A stretch of 64,000 nt of DNA from Raillietiella orientalis (taxonomy: Eukaryota): assembly GCA_036172245.1 (NCBI GenBank), contig JAYWIR010000015.1, positions 1,798,001 through 1,862,000 of the forward strand, read 5' to 3'. Shown in pieces: positions 24,075 to 36,560 of the stretch (positions are counted from its first letter, which is position 1; every line of letters starts with the position of its first letter). The notes under the pieces were generated by a model, which did no database searches, was not told the DNA's origin, and saw only the letters and a program-made list of their open reading frames with translations. The position numbers and the translations under genes are program-made.

Positions 24075-25850
24075 GGTTATGCAGGGATGTTTATTCAGAT
24101 TTTAAAAATTAACGTGCCTGGGGAATATGACTCGAAGAACGCTGACATGTAGTCGGTAGCTAATAGAAAAAGGCTCTCAGTAAGCAAGAGTTCATGGGGT
24201 GAGTAGGGAGGTTTTCGCCCCACATCCTTCTCGCAGCCTTCCCCCAGTCCGGGAGGAGTCCTCCTTGATTTCCGTTCGGAGATAACATCATCCAGCTACC
24301 CTACTCCTTGTGGGCGGGCTGATGCGAATGCTCGTCCTCCGATGCTCCACCGCGTGATGATGAGCGACTGCTACTCGGATGCTGCTCAGCGTCTCTGACG
24401 GTCCAATGGTCGAGCCGCCGTGGAAGCTGCAAAAGGGGGCCCTCCAACCTGCAGAAGGGTTGCTAGCCCTCCCTGACAACTACTGGGGAAAGAGTCGTGA
24501 TCTAAAAGCAGGAGCCGGCGCGGTTCGACCAACCGTCCTGCCTGCACGGCCCACAGACGCGTTCCCTGTCGTCCAGCGCCGCCGGCGTTGGCTGCAAGGA
24601 AGGTCCCATCGCAGGGATCCGCGTGTGGCCACCTGAGGGGCAGCGCAGAACCTCTCAAAGGGCACCACTGGCACGTCTTGGAGAACGTCGAGATCGTCTG
24701 TCTACCGGCGCACTCCTCGGGCGCGGGCACTAGTCGTCGCGGTGTCCGAAAGTTGTGGAACCGACCACCAGTCTGGTAGCGGAGACCTCGGCTGCTGTCA
24801 TCGCGCTCCCACAGAGAGGGCAGTGCTGCGGATAGGAGCGTGGCTGTGCGCTTTTCTTGGGTGTGGTGGTGGCTCTTCCTGTGGAGGCGGTGTCCCGAGG
24901 TCACATTGGACGGGGCGAAGCAGCTCTGGGCTGGCCCGCACCGGTATCCGGACCTTCGCCTCCCTGGGAGAAGCGGTGGGTCCGCGAACGGCCAGCAAGG
25001 ATGAGGACAACTCTTGCCAAGGTGTGGGGAGGAGGGGTTAAGTTGGCGGCGGCGGGATTGGAACTCTCGACCTTCCTCAGGTCGGAGAGCGTGCGGTTCC
25101 CTCCACCTCTGCGCCACGCGCACGCCCGGGGAACTGATCGAGCGCCGTCGCCCGCTGGCGGCTCGAGTGCGCAGGTCCGTGCTCACTCGGCCGACGTCCA
25201 CGCTGGTCGACGCCATCGTGCCGCCGAGTTGCTTCTCGAAATTTCACCTCCTTTCGGAGACCGTCGCTCTCGCCGCCATCCCAGCATCCCCGCGAGCAGA
25301 GGACGGGAGTGCAAGCGACCCCTGGTTCTCTCCGTTCCCGCGAGAGGGAGCGGTCAAGCGTATGGTACGTTCTGTGCCGCGTAAGTGAACACGATGGTGA
25401 TTTCGGAGCAGCAGAGATGTGTCTGACACGCCTCCATCGCTCCATTATTGATGTTTGTTCCGTCTTCCAGAAACGGAGGGCAGCCTCTTTCTCTCTGGAC
25501 CGTTTCCTTTCAAACATTAAGCGATTTCTTTGCATGCTGCAGGTCATCTGCGAAATCATACTTCATCAGGATCTTTGATAGAGTGTGATTATCGCGAGTG
25601 ATGAACGCACTGCTGACTCCTTCGTCATATTGTGGTCTTGAGCCGCATGCAACCTCCGGTTACAAGCGTGTGCAAATCCTCGCCCCAGCATATTTGCCCC
25701 TCTCCCACGTGAGAATTGGGCTCCTGTAGCTGCGTACACAGAGGGGTCACAGTGTCAGCGCCTGGGTCTTCTGCGATAGCGACGAGCTGAAATTTCCCCG
25801 ATGCGATCCAGAAGTTCCGTTTAGCGCGTGGTCCTTCTCGGTTAAGAGAT
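24075..25850 (-). mobile_element. L1/Tx1-like lineage Y ORF2 pseudogene (copy Y1)
   Basis: 'YDFADDL' (~25540-25560), 'GTNINN', 'LRPEEG' and 'WDLPCSQR'. The 3' region is homologous to Y2. AATAAA (minus strand) lies at 24090-24095. Confidence 0.7.
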
Positions 25851-25859
25851 GCATAGATG

Positions 25860-27890
25860 GCATTTCCTTGGAGTCCTTTGTCCCTCCGTGACTCTCACTT
25901 TCTCAAAACGCAGTCGATGCGGCTGCTCCTTGAGCGGAAGCAGGAAACGGAGGAATGGAAGAAAAACGGGAGAACCCACCGCGGACTCCGTGAGGGACGC
26001 GCCTTCGTCCTCCTCCCTTCCCATCGCTTCCTCTTCGGAGCATTTCCTCAAGCAGCTCTGGAGGCGGGCGCCACCGGCGCTTTTGTGGCTCTCTCGCGAA
26101 TCGATCCGTAGAGACCTCGTGCACGTCGTCTCCGTCTCCCATGACGTCCCCCTTCCTTCCCGTGCGCGATCCCGGAGGGATCAGGAGGCAAGGACTCGGT
26201 TGCGGGGAAACTGGGCTTCCCGTCTTTTTCCACAACCTTCCTGCCCGTGTCCTTCCGCGAGGTGGTCCCTGGGACTCCGAAAGGATCTTCCTGGAGACGG
26301 AAGGGTCACGGGCGCGAGGGAGTAGGGGAAGAGGGCTCGACCCTCCCGTCCAACCTGCCGCACTCCACAGGCTGTGGCAGGATCTCTGCAGGGCACGAAC
26401 CAATCTCATGTCCCTGGCGTCCTCCAGCTGAATCGGTCCCCGCACTTGTCCCTCCAGGGAGCTCTCTCCTTTTCGGACTCGTCGGATCTAAAGTCGACTG
26501 GAGCACGCCATCGGTGGGCGCTGCACCTCTCCCAGCAGAAGCGAACAGGATCCAGCGAGAGGTTGTCGTGCGAGCACAGATTGCACGATGGCTGGACGAG
26601 AGGCGCGGCAGAAGGTGGCTACCCCATCTGACTCGCGACGGGCAGGTGCTCCTACCGGGGATGCAACGAGGGCGACCATTGAGCGGGAAAACCGTCTCCT
26701 GGATGCTGCTTGCAGAGAAGCAATAGATGCGCGGGAAGTCTGCGCAGCCAAGATTTCCTCGAGGCCTGCTTCTTCGGCTCGTCCTCCATGTCGATCTCGC
26801 AGGCAGCGTCCGTCCGCCGAGGATTTGGAGGACCCTTGCGTTGGGATGCCGGTAGGCAGGGTTGCGCTCCACATGGCAAAAGAAGGACAGCGAGGAGCAG
26901 GTACCCGTTGGTCGCGGCGAATGGGGAGGCTAAGCATCCTCTGAACAGATCTCGTGACTATCTCCAACCGATATGCAGGTCTGCCTCGCTCAGACTTGGC
27001 GCAGGAGCCCCCCGAGCGTCGACAGCAAGACGGCAGCGCACGCCGGTGGTGGCGAACAAGAGGAGACGGAGAATCCTGAAACTCCGAAATCGCCTCGGAA
27101 TGGGATTCACTGAGGAGTTCTCTGGCTGCTCGAAGATCCTCACAAGCGGGTCTCCCCGCGAGCGGCTTCGCACGCCGGTGCGGTGCCCTGGATCGCGCGT
27201 CGCTCAAGGGTCTGGCAGGCCCGCGCCCTGGGGAGCGCTAGCGGCAACCGACTGTCGAGCCTCCCATTGGAGGCAGCCTGTCTCTCTGCTGTCCATCTGG
27301 AGGCAAAGATACTGGGAACCTTGGACGGTCATCCGGACTGAGCGAAGATTCCACTGAGCTTGCATCCCGGGAACACAGCGCTGATCCCAAAACTGAGGAG
27401 GAACGGGGTGCCCCCTCACTTCCTGAGGCATCCTGCGGAAAAGCGCGAGGTTGCGACAGTTTTCCAAAATGAAACTCTTCTGTCCCAGAGCGAGCTGAAC
27501 ACTCCATTCTAGGTCGGTGTCCATGCCAAACAGGCCGGCGAAACGCTCCTTGTGGCCTCACCGATGCCGCGGAGTAGGATCCGTCCCACGGAAGGGGAGC
27601 GGTTCGAGCCTCTGAAATGGCGATGCGGACATTCGGGACCTCGGGGGAGCTGAAACCTTTTGGCAGGTCACCTCCTCGTAGAAGGGGTTCGTCTCGAACG
27701 ACCTGGTGAGGAGCCTCAGGCAGGAAGGAGGATCCTCGTCTCTGGAGATTCCTGCCGCCAAGAGCAGCCGGTCAGTGGTTGGAAAGACGGTCTATTGGCG
27801 GTGGCCCCCCGGCAGTGAGAGCGGGAGAGTGGGAAGGACCTCGCAGTCTGGCGTGTCCCCTGTTAGCGTGCTCAGAAGAGGACTTTGGCG
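25860..27890 (-). mobile_element. Highly decayed L1-like ORF2 fragment (lineage U)
   Basis: 'QYLCLQMDSRETG' (YLG position) matches 'HLGLEMDIRDSG' at ~54350. 'GVLQS...KCG...EDARDM' is a zf-RVT-like remnant. Confidence 0.45.
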
Positions 27891-27894
27891 GGGG

Positions 27895-29870
27895 TTGCTA
27901 CTTGCTCACGCCAGGGCGTTTATTAATAAGCTCTGTAAATTCGTGGTACTAGGCCCTGCCACGGCCAATAGATCTTGGGGTCTGCCGGGAAGCCGGTATG
28001 CAGACCAGCTGAACTCTCCTCAGCAGCGGAGGGGGCTGGGGGAAAAAACGAAAAGAAAAATAAATGAAACAAAAAAAAAAAAGAAGAAACTATTTGGAGG
28101 TCCGGGAAGGGATTACAATACGCTGGAGGGAGGGTCCATCCTTCGCAGGATGCCGTCGAGGCCCCTCTGCATGCTTCCCAGATGGGACCATCTGATCGCG
28201 ATTCGCAGGTAGCGACTAGCGTGTACGGTGGGGTCCCTATCGCTGCTTCCTCTGTTGGCTGCGCTCCACGCAGCCACAATCCCTCGGAGGCAGCACAGCC
28301 CTGCCAGGGCTGAGGCTGGTTACAGGGCGTCTTGCACGAAGAGGAGCACAGAGTCTTTGGGGGGCTACCGACAGGGATCCGGAGGGTCGTCGCAAAACGC
28401 TCTCACAAGGGCCGGAGGGCAGCGCAGTCCACTAACAGGTGGGGGAGGGATTCCTTGTCCCCGTACAATGCACAGTTCTGTCTACCTTCCCCAGGGTCTA
28501 GTAGTGGCGGCGTGCGTTGCAGGGGAGACCCCAGTACAACAGCAGGAGAGCCGACTCCTGCCAACTGAGGGGGAGGATGCTTCTCTGGTTCAATACTAAG
28601 GGCCATTTCACGTCATCCAGCAGGATGTCGAGCAGCTCGCTCCATCTCTGTAGTCCTCGCGGAGGGACGCTCAGAGCCGTGGCGTCCTCCAGCTGCCCCA
28701 TGGTCCAACCGCTCAGCTTCTTCTTTCTGCCTGCGATCCGGCAGGGTACTTACCACCTCGGTTTCCGGCTGCTGTCAAGTGCCCTCCTCAAGAAGAGCAT
28801 CGCTGTAGCTAGGGTGGTCGTCTCTGGCCACGTGCTCCTGGCGGTTCACTCCAGTATGGTCCACAGAGAGCAACGGGCGTAGTTGCTGTTTCACGGGCAG
28901 TTCCATGGGCTGGTTAATCTCTCACGTGCAAACTGTTTCCTCTAGCCATGCGCTGGAGTTGGCGGGGCTACACACCACCCAGCCGTTCTTCTTGTTCAGC
29001 GTGGCCATGCGTCCGAGGAAGAGGCCTCATCTTCTTATCTTCCGGCCGGGGCACAGAAGATGAGACGCAAGTCCTTTCGTTACGGAGACACGGCAGGCGA
29101 GAAGACGGGAGGGAAGGCACCACGGGGTGCTCCAGTACTTCTCTGTGATGGCCATGGTTCGCCATCGCAGCTGTATATCCATCCGCTCCAGCGTCAGAAG
29201 ACCAAGACCGCCATCCCGATACGCGGAGCACATAAGTCCTTTAGCGGGACTCGGGGCCTCCCACTGCCCCACAGGGCGATCCGCAGGAGGTCCTTTGTCC
29301 GTTTTTTCAACAACGGGGGGACGGGACAAACAAAAAGCAGAAGGCGGAGGAGGGAGGCCACGAACGCGTTCCACCTTGCGGCCATCTTCCAGCAAGAGGA
29401 ACTTGCCTTCCAGGAACGGGCCGATCTCGAGCTCCACTTTCTGGAGACGACCTGATCAGACTTCTGTCAGACAAAAGTCCCCCAACGGAACGCCAAAGTA
29501 CTTCAAATACCTGCCCGTGGGGGTCATTAAACGGATCCAGTCAGGCCGTCCATCCCACGTCGCACCAACTGCCACCACTGACGACTTTGCCCTGTTCACC
29601 CTAAGTCCTGTCCTGCGGCTCAACAGCTCAAAAAAATTCTCAAGTGCTGATGCCGGGGTGGAGATGGGCAGCAGGAGCAGAAGATCATCAGCATATGCTG
29701 ACACAGAAGGCGTACTGGGAACTCCTGCCAGCGTCCAGCGCGGGGAGCGCCAGGAGTGGCGCCTGGTGAGCGCAGCCCATCGTGGACAGGGGGATGAAGT
29801 CCGAGGCTTCCGGTGGAAGGGTATGCTGTAGCAGCTGTGGAGCGGTAACAGGAAGGACAGACGACATTTG
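27895..29870 (-). mobile_element. L1/Tx1-like lineage V ORF2 pseudogene, RT to 3' end
   Basis: 'SAYADDLLLLL...TGLRVNRAKS...LKYFGVPL' (RT domains 5-7), 'LYWGLPCNA' and 'ESLPHLLVDCAAL'. AATAAA (minus strand) at 27919-27924 is followed by CGCCCTGGCGTGAGC. Confidence 0.85.
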
Positions 29871-29911
29871 CGACCTAGTTGACCCGGTTATCTGATTCCC
29901 GGCATCAGTCC

Positions 29912-29954
29912 CTGATTTTTGGCATCTGCCATAAGTACAGATGCCAAAAATCAG
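29912..29954. repeat. Perfect inverted repeat (17-bp arms, 9-nt loop)
   Basis: CTGATTTTTGGCATCTG-CCATAAGTA-CAGATGCCAAAAATCAG. Confidence 0.95.
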
Positions 29955-30249
29955 AGGACCTCGCAATACGAAAAACAGTGCTGCCTATCCAAGAGAAAGC
30001 AGCATCCACGCCTGCGCTTGCAGGAGCCGCCGAGAAAGAAGCAGGATGCTGGACAGCCCGCTGCCTTCCTGCAGAGTCACTTTGTGGAGCCCTCAAACAT
30101 GAAAGGGGGAACGACGGGAGAAAATCATCCCGAAATGAGAGAAACTTTAGAGTTTCTTCTCTTCCTCCTTTTCCCCCTCCTCCTCACCACCACCACCTCT
30201 CATCACCAATCACCTCCATCCTCACATGTCACCGCCGCTGCAGATACCA

Positions 30250-31450
30250 GTAGTGATTGGGAGGATCTGGAGTCGAAATGACCTCGGAGATTCCTCTCGG
30301 GTTCGGTCAGCAAGTCAGTTACCACAGGCGAGTTCCGCGCGGAAACTTTCGTGCCGGAAGCGAGGGTGGTCTCTCTGGGGGCCTCTCTCCGAGCAGCGGG
30401 GAGATTCACAGCCGTGCCCGAGCAGAGCTCCAGGCAACGGAGGGCTGGCTCGATGGCCGCCTCCTCCGCCGCACGTGCAAGATGTGACAGATCTGTTCCA
30501 GAAAAAGTTCCCGACGTCGCGCTCGAGGACGGAGCAGGGTCGGCAGCGTCAAGCGTCGTTTGGTGCCGAATGGAGAGTCCCTCTGGGGCTTATCGGTCTC
30601 GTCGGAAGCACGCAGGCTGGCAGAAGACATTCAGGTGCTCCGGCTGAATTTTCGAGAGAGAAAAAAGGATGCTCCGGACTGCTTTCTTCCATGCAGAGTG
30701 ACAGAGATGAAGGCGTGCTTCTGAAATGAGATTTCGGGCGCGCTTCGTAGGAAACTGCTGCCGTCCGCGGAGGTCGACGTCACCAGCGTCTCTATGGATC
30801 GCCTTCCTCTGTTCGGCTCGAGCAAGCAAAGGGAATAGCGGCTCGATCGGTGTTCCGAGCAGGTCTGGATGGTGGCGGCGCTTCGCGGAGAGTTACGGAG
30901 ATACCGCAGGGAGTTCTTTTCCATAAATTCTCTGTTAATGGTCATTTCCGGTTTTAGTTTTGCTGAAGCGGGAAACGCATTAGCATCCGAATAGGCGACG
31001 GAGTTGATTAATGACGGACGGAACCACTGGTGAAAAGGAGTTGGGACAAGTCGTGGCAGAGAGCGCTGAGATTCAAAATCCCCTTTGGAGGCAGCGGCAC
31101 ATCGACCGTGGTCGCCTGGAGACGGGGAGAGGGCAAACTATCCTTCTGCACTGCCGTAAGTTGTCAGTTCAGCCGCATGGACGCTGCGCCAGAGATCCGC
31201 TTTAGCTCACTGGGGTGACCTGTCTCTTCCCCGTAGCCAGGAGACCACTGTTGATACGGCCATCGGCGGGGCCGCAATCCGGCCCTTGTCGGATACGATT
31301 CCTCGATCAGAGTCCTGGGGCTTACCGACGAGGAAATGAAGACGTCGGGAGTTCCAGAGATTCTCAGTGAATCCACACAAGCTGAAATGCCAGATTTCGT
31401 TGCAATGGAAGCTTCTGTGAAAGGCCGATGAGAGATGGGTGCCATCGCCA
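30250..31450 (-). mobile_element. Possible decayed LINE ORF1 (zinc-knuckle remnant)
   Basis: 'SCTCGGGGGHRAS' at ~30445-30485 resembles a CCHC knuckle. It lies upstream of, and co-oriented with, the V ORF2 at 27895-29870. Confidence 0.3.
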
Positions 31451-31776
31451 TAGCAACGGAAAGCATCCGTGCAAGAAGCAAGGAGGAGAACTCATTTTGC
31501 TAGACCGACAAGTGGAGTAAATCTCCCGCCTGCGGACACAAAATGTTACTAAAATTGTGGAATCGAGCATTACGAAGGGAACCTGTCAAGCATGTGGGAG
31601 TCCCAATTCTGTAGATTCCAGAAGGAAGCGAACGAGAAACGAACACGAATTCCAACGCATCAGCTCATGAGGACACCGAATGCGTGGGCGGCATGCACTT
31701 TCAGAATGTTCGCTGCCTTTTTATGCCGCGCTTTCGAAAGAATCCCATTTGATTTCATTTCTCCCATTTTATTGTA

Positions 31777-32169
31777 CAGTGGCACCTCGGTACTTCGTTC
31801 CGGAACTCGTGAAGAGTACCGAAACCCACGAGTACCGAACGTATTCTTTTCTAGGCTCCTCTGTATCATTTGTAATCATTCCATGAGCCATGATTAACGT
31901 TTAAAATGTACAGAAAGCACAAAAAACGGAACGATCCGGGATGCACTCTATAAAAGAGTTTGGCACTGTTCGCGAGCTATCATGAGACGAAAGAGTTCAC
32001 TGTTTGTTCACTGTGTTCACAGTTGTTTCATCATGAGTGGGAGTGTCGACTTCCGAGCATGCTTCGAATGTCGAAACATTTTTTTTCCTTTGGAAAAGGA
32101 AAAAAAAGGAAATTTCGAAATGCGACGAGTACTGAGTTTGTGACACCGTCGAGTACCGAAGTGCCACTG
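31777..32169. mobile_element. pogo/Tigger-type MITE, 393 bp
   Basis: TIRs CAGTGGCACCTCGGTACT and CAGTGGCACTTCGGTACT (17/18 match), TA on both sides (31775-31776 and 32170-32171), and subterminal GAGTACCGAA repeats. Confidence 0.85.
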
Positions 32170-33289
32170 TATCTTTTCATCATCGTCCCTCTGCTGCCCG
32201 CGCTTTTTCCTGCCTTCAGGGCGGCCCGCGAGGCGGCGCGCTGCTGCTGCAGACACGGGACTTACCACGTGTGTGTTCACACCGGTGTGAGCAGGCGTCC
32301 CGGCAGGTTAAGAAGGCTTCCACCTCCATTCCTGCACGAAGTCTGCATTTCCCAGCATCGGATTCTAAGCAAGTGCTGTCGAAAAAGGAATCGACACGCC
32401 CAGGAGCGAAAGAATCGGGATGCCTGAATGTGGGATGGAGCAGATGAAGAGTGCCAGTTAAGGCCTCGTGCGTCTCAATGGCGGCAACAGCCTTCTCTTC
32501 GCCTACTCTTCACGTTTAATGGTTGAGATGCAAATGAAACAAAGAACCAAAATAAACCAGTTCGGGATGCTCCAAAGATTCCAGTTTTACCTTCAGACCT
32601 TGGAAATTCTGGCAATCTGAATTCCTCCTTCTTTCTGCGTTCAAAGATGAAGAAAGACGAGCGCACTCCTGTTGATCGTTTATCATGTTCCTCGAATGCT
32701 GTCCCATATCAGTTTTTTTATCGTTTGGCGCATAAATTGAATGTCTTCACAGCTCCACCACCATCTTGTTATCTTGTGCAAGTCAGTGACCCGAGATATG
32801 TCCACCGCAAATGCCCTGGACGTGCTGAATGCTCTCGCGCGCCACCATCCTATTCTTCATGTTTCCTGCTAGTCTTCGAGGGATCCCGAATTCTCTAAGT
32901 GTCCTCGCTATTCTTCAATTTCCCAGGTTCCAGTAGTCCCATTACCGGTGCGCATACCGTACCCCTTGCTCTTCAATGACCTCTTTTCGCAGCCTCACTC
33001 CTCCTGCTGCTGCTGCAGAGTTCATAGCGTGGGCTGGCAACGCTGGGCCGATTCTCGTTCGAAAGCACCAGGACCGGGCCGAATTTGAACCTGTTGTCTG
33101 GGACCGAAGATCAGCAGCCTGCTGCTTCTCGAAAGCCCCATTTCATTTACATTCTGTTACATTAAATGATGTTTTGAAACAGATGTAAACAAATAAAGGA
33201 GAATTTTCACCATCTTCTGTGTCTTTCCCTTCCCTTCCGTTCTTCGTGTAATTTTCGCGGGTTCTTCGATTACGAGTGATGACTCATCT

Positions 33290-35100
33290 GACATATCCGG
33301 TAGACATTACGGGAATGCTGGATATTCGACAACACTATTTCTTTCCTGATGCGCTGATTCTGCTTCTTCGGCAATGCTTTCGGTATTTTCGTTGTCGGCC
33401 GCATCCCCAGATCCAAGACACCCTTTCAGAAGTACTCTCGTGGTCGCAAGCAACGGCTTGGGGACGAAGCGGAGAGCTAGCCCTCGCCTCTTCTGGCGCG
33501 TTGCCGCCGCTGCATCTTCGAAGGAACCACGTGGCACCTGCAGCACGATTCTGACCTTCCCTTTGGACTTGGCTCCAGCCGAAACAGTCTCGTTTGTACC
33601 CGGTCACGCGGGGACGTTTCTCTAAAAATAAACAAACCACAAATCAGGGGAGCCCTGAGTGTCCCCTGGGTTCCGGTGCAGAACAGCAACAGCAAAACAA
33701 GTTCACTGAGGATGAACACCGACATGCAGGCCGGTTTCTGAGAAGTGAGGAACGAAGGAGAGGTCGATGAGCAAAGAAGAAAAAAAAACACGGTAGGGAA
33801 GGTACAGGGGACCTTTGGTATAACACGTTCCTTCCTTATCAAAAGCGGCTGTGGATGGTGGCGATCTTCTTGACGGCGTCTTGCAGGTAAGGCCTCCTTT
33901 CAGCCGTCCTCATGAAGCCAGATGTCATCCTGGTGGCCTCCCTTCTCTGCGAGCCAGGCTCCAACACATGGAGGACCGTCACCATGGTGGTGGCGATCAC
34001 AGCGCCCGCCTTCAGAACTCCTTGAGTGAAGAAGCGCCCCAGTAAGTCCAAAGCGGGACGATCCTGCGGTCAACGGAGCGCCGAAGCGAGTTTCCGCCAG
34101 ATATCCTCCAGGGCACCGCAGTCCAACAAGAGGTGCGGGAACGATTCTATCTCCCTTCACCTCAAACGGTTCGGGGAGACAATTCTTCCGGAAAACAGAC
34201 GTCTGCGCCGGTTGCACCGGATTCACCAATGCAGAAACGGCATTGGTGATCCCGGTATTCCGAATTCAAGCGAGCGGGAACACGGAAAGGACTGCAGGCT
34301 TTCCGGGGGCATAAGGAGCAGTTCGTCTCACCGAAGGAGTCCCTTCGCCCGGAAGCGACGAGCGGTGGCGTTCACCAACCCACCCGCTCGTCTTGCAGCC
34401 GTCAAGGAGTTTCTCGACTCCTGCAATCTTGCAGGACAACTCTCGCCCCGCCTGTTGGCTGCTGTCATTGCTTGCTTTGAAAAAAGACAGCCCTGTGGCA
34501 ACGGACGAAACGGTTCTCAAGCACCACTGTGTCTAATCCTGCGGAACTTCCCCTAGATGTTTGCATAGGAGATTCTGCAGCGGTCGACGTTCCTTTGGGA
34601 ACTATTGCAGAAAGTCAACCCGGGACTCCCGTGTCTCCTGCCTCCATCCATCCCAGTTTTTTGGGAGGCAGGAGATCCACGGATGGTCTTCCAGTCTCAG
34701 GGGGTAGCCAAATCCACTGATCCTATGACTGCTGTCGGCAGCAGCGAGAGAAGTCCTTCGCTTCTAGCGCATCGGCAAAGGGTGAGGCGTGCCGGAGCAC
34801 AGCTCGGAGTCTTCAGTTTCCCACGGAAGCAGTTTGATTGTCGGCTCCCGGCTGCCTGAGGGCATAGTTCCCCTTTTGACCCGGATCACCATCTCCCTGT
34901 GCCTCTTCGCGATAGTCGTGGCGGTTCGGTCGTCGACGCACCCGTCGAGGGCGGCGCAACGTGGCATCTCTCCCACCGTCCGCACACCGCGACCGGTGCC
35001 GTCCTTGGCGGGTTCTGTGCGCACGGACGGAAGGTCGAGTCGTAACGCATGGATGGACTTGCAATCAACGAAGCGACGGTGTTGGGATCGGTGATTTCCC
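33290..35100 (-). mobile_element. NeSL/Utopia-like lineage Z copy split by a V insertion
   Basis: 34800-35060 is homologous to 15470-15735 ('AKRHREMVIRVK'). 33290-33590 is homologous to 15720-15930 ('SFEDAAAA', 'GCLGSGDAADNE'). Confidence 0.7.
33593..34760 (-). mobile_element. L1/Tx1-like lineage V 3' fragment
   Basis: 'EIESFPHLLLDCGAL'; strongly similar to 52100-53030. Terminus GAGAAA-CGTCCCCGCGTGACC-GGGTACAAA. Confidence 0.8.
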
Positions 35101-35379
35101 TTGAGCCGAACGTTACGTGGTGAGTGATATTCAAGCTGCCTTGCCTTGAATCGTGAGCGGTCCAGGGGTGATTTACTCCCTCGTGTGGGCGTCGAACATG
35201 CTGTCTCGATTCACATGGGATCCTGGGTTCCTTCTCCTTGAAGTCCCAATTGTTACCAAACTTCTTCCAAGACCTGACATCATTCACGTACCGCTTTATT
35301 TATCAACCAGAAGTACAGCCATTTATCTTGCAGTGGCTCTATCTGTGGAAATGAGCTAAACACCTGTGGACGACTGCAG

Positions 35380-36560
35380 GAAATCACCATGACGGCGAGC
35401 AGGGCGGCTCCATGGAAGAAAAGTTTGTATCCTTCTTGATTCGTGTGGATATTGAAGCTGCTCAAGATTGGAAGGGCATCAAGCAACTAGTTGGTACTTC
35501 GGGAGCACTTCGTGCCAGCGAATGCTGTCGAAAATGTGAACACTGGTCGCCTGAACTGTGGTTGCGAAGTCACGTACTCGGGTCCATTCCTTGACCAAGT
35601 TGGCGCACTAGCGCTTTCGACACCCTCTAGCTAGTCAGCACAGCGGTTGGGAGGCTGTAATTTTATCTGTAAGGACCGAATCGACCTTTTGCCCATGCAT
35701 ACAGCACCTGCCAAGAACGGGGACCAGTTGCGTGTTCAGAAGGTAAAGGCGGGAAGTATCGCTGCTTCCCATTCTCGACGGGACCCGCCATCCTACTGAG
35801 GTCTGATGTTTCTGAACTCCGAGAGTCGGTCCCCAGCTGAGGAACGGCTGCGTTTCCAGAGTTTGGAATATTCTGGAAGAAGGTAGATCAGCTCCTGCAA
35901 CCAGAACTTCCGCAAAGATCCGGAGTGCTCTTTCGAGAATGAGGTACCCTTTGTTGATGAAATCCTTGCTAAAAACTGAGTTACCAGCTAAAAACATAAC
36001 CAGCTGGAAATACCTGCAGGAAAAGCAGAGATGTTGAAGCCCGAAGACACTCAACGAGCACGCGAGAGAAAGACAGGATACTTGGGCATTTTCTGTTTTG
36101 CAGGTAGAGGCTGGTTTCCCTAGTGCTTGAAGATAGTCAGATTTGTCTGGACCTGACCTCTCTCCCATTCGAACCAGTAGCTGCCTTCCAGAGATGGCAA
36201 AGAAACGACTGCATGCATGGGTTTCTTGGAATGGGTCGGCTCACTAAGATTTGTTGAGCAGTCACCGGTGCTACATCGTTCCGGGAAACAGCGATTCTGC
36301 CTTTTGATTTAGCCAGCACAGATCGTTGCCAAACCTTTAAGTAAAAGAGTGAATGTTGAGAAGAAAGAAAGCCTCAAAGGGAGCATCTGCATGAATCGTG
36401 CTGGTGGGACGTAGATCTCGTGGACTTTGGTTGCTACAAACTACAGCGGGAGGAGGCACAGCCCAGTGGTTGCTGCCACTGTCAAGAGCAATGCTGGCGG
36501 CGCATGAAGCTCGCCAGATCTTGTCCTCAAACTAACTGTGACTGTCTACTAGAGCGAAAA
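35380..36560 (+). mobile_element. hAT-superfamily transposase fossil
   Basis: In order: 'EEKFVSFL', 'SAFD', 'QHSG..VI....FCPCIQHL' (C..H motif), 'TR..A...KYLQ', and 'PVVAA..RMKLARS' (dimerization-domain-like). Many stops and frameshifts. Confidence 0.55.

Noticed and set aside
24386..25216. 276-aa ORF as an intact gene
   Set aside because: It lies within the frameshifted Y1 fossil, where the motifs are spread across frames.
9725..25850. X and Y as two convergent ORFs of one composite element
   Set aside because: The split-off Y tail at 9711-9724 and the breakpoint inside a motif that is intact in V copies favour insertion. Not fully excluded.
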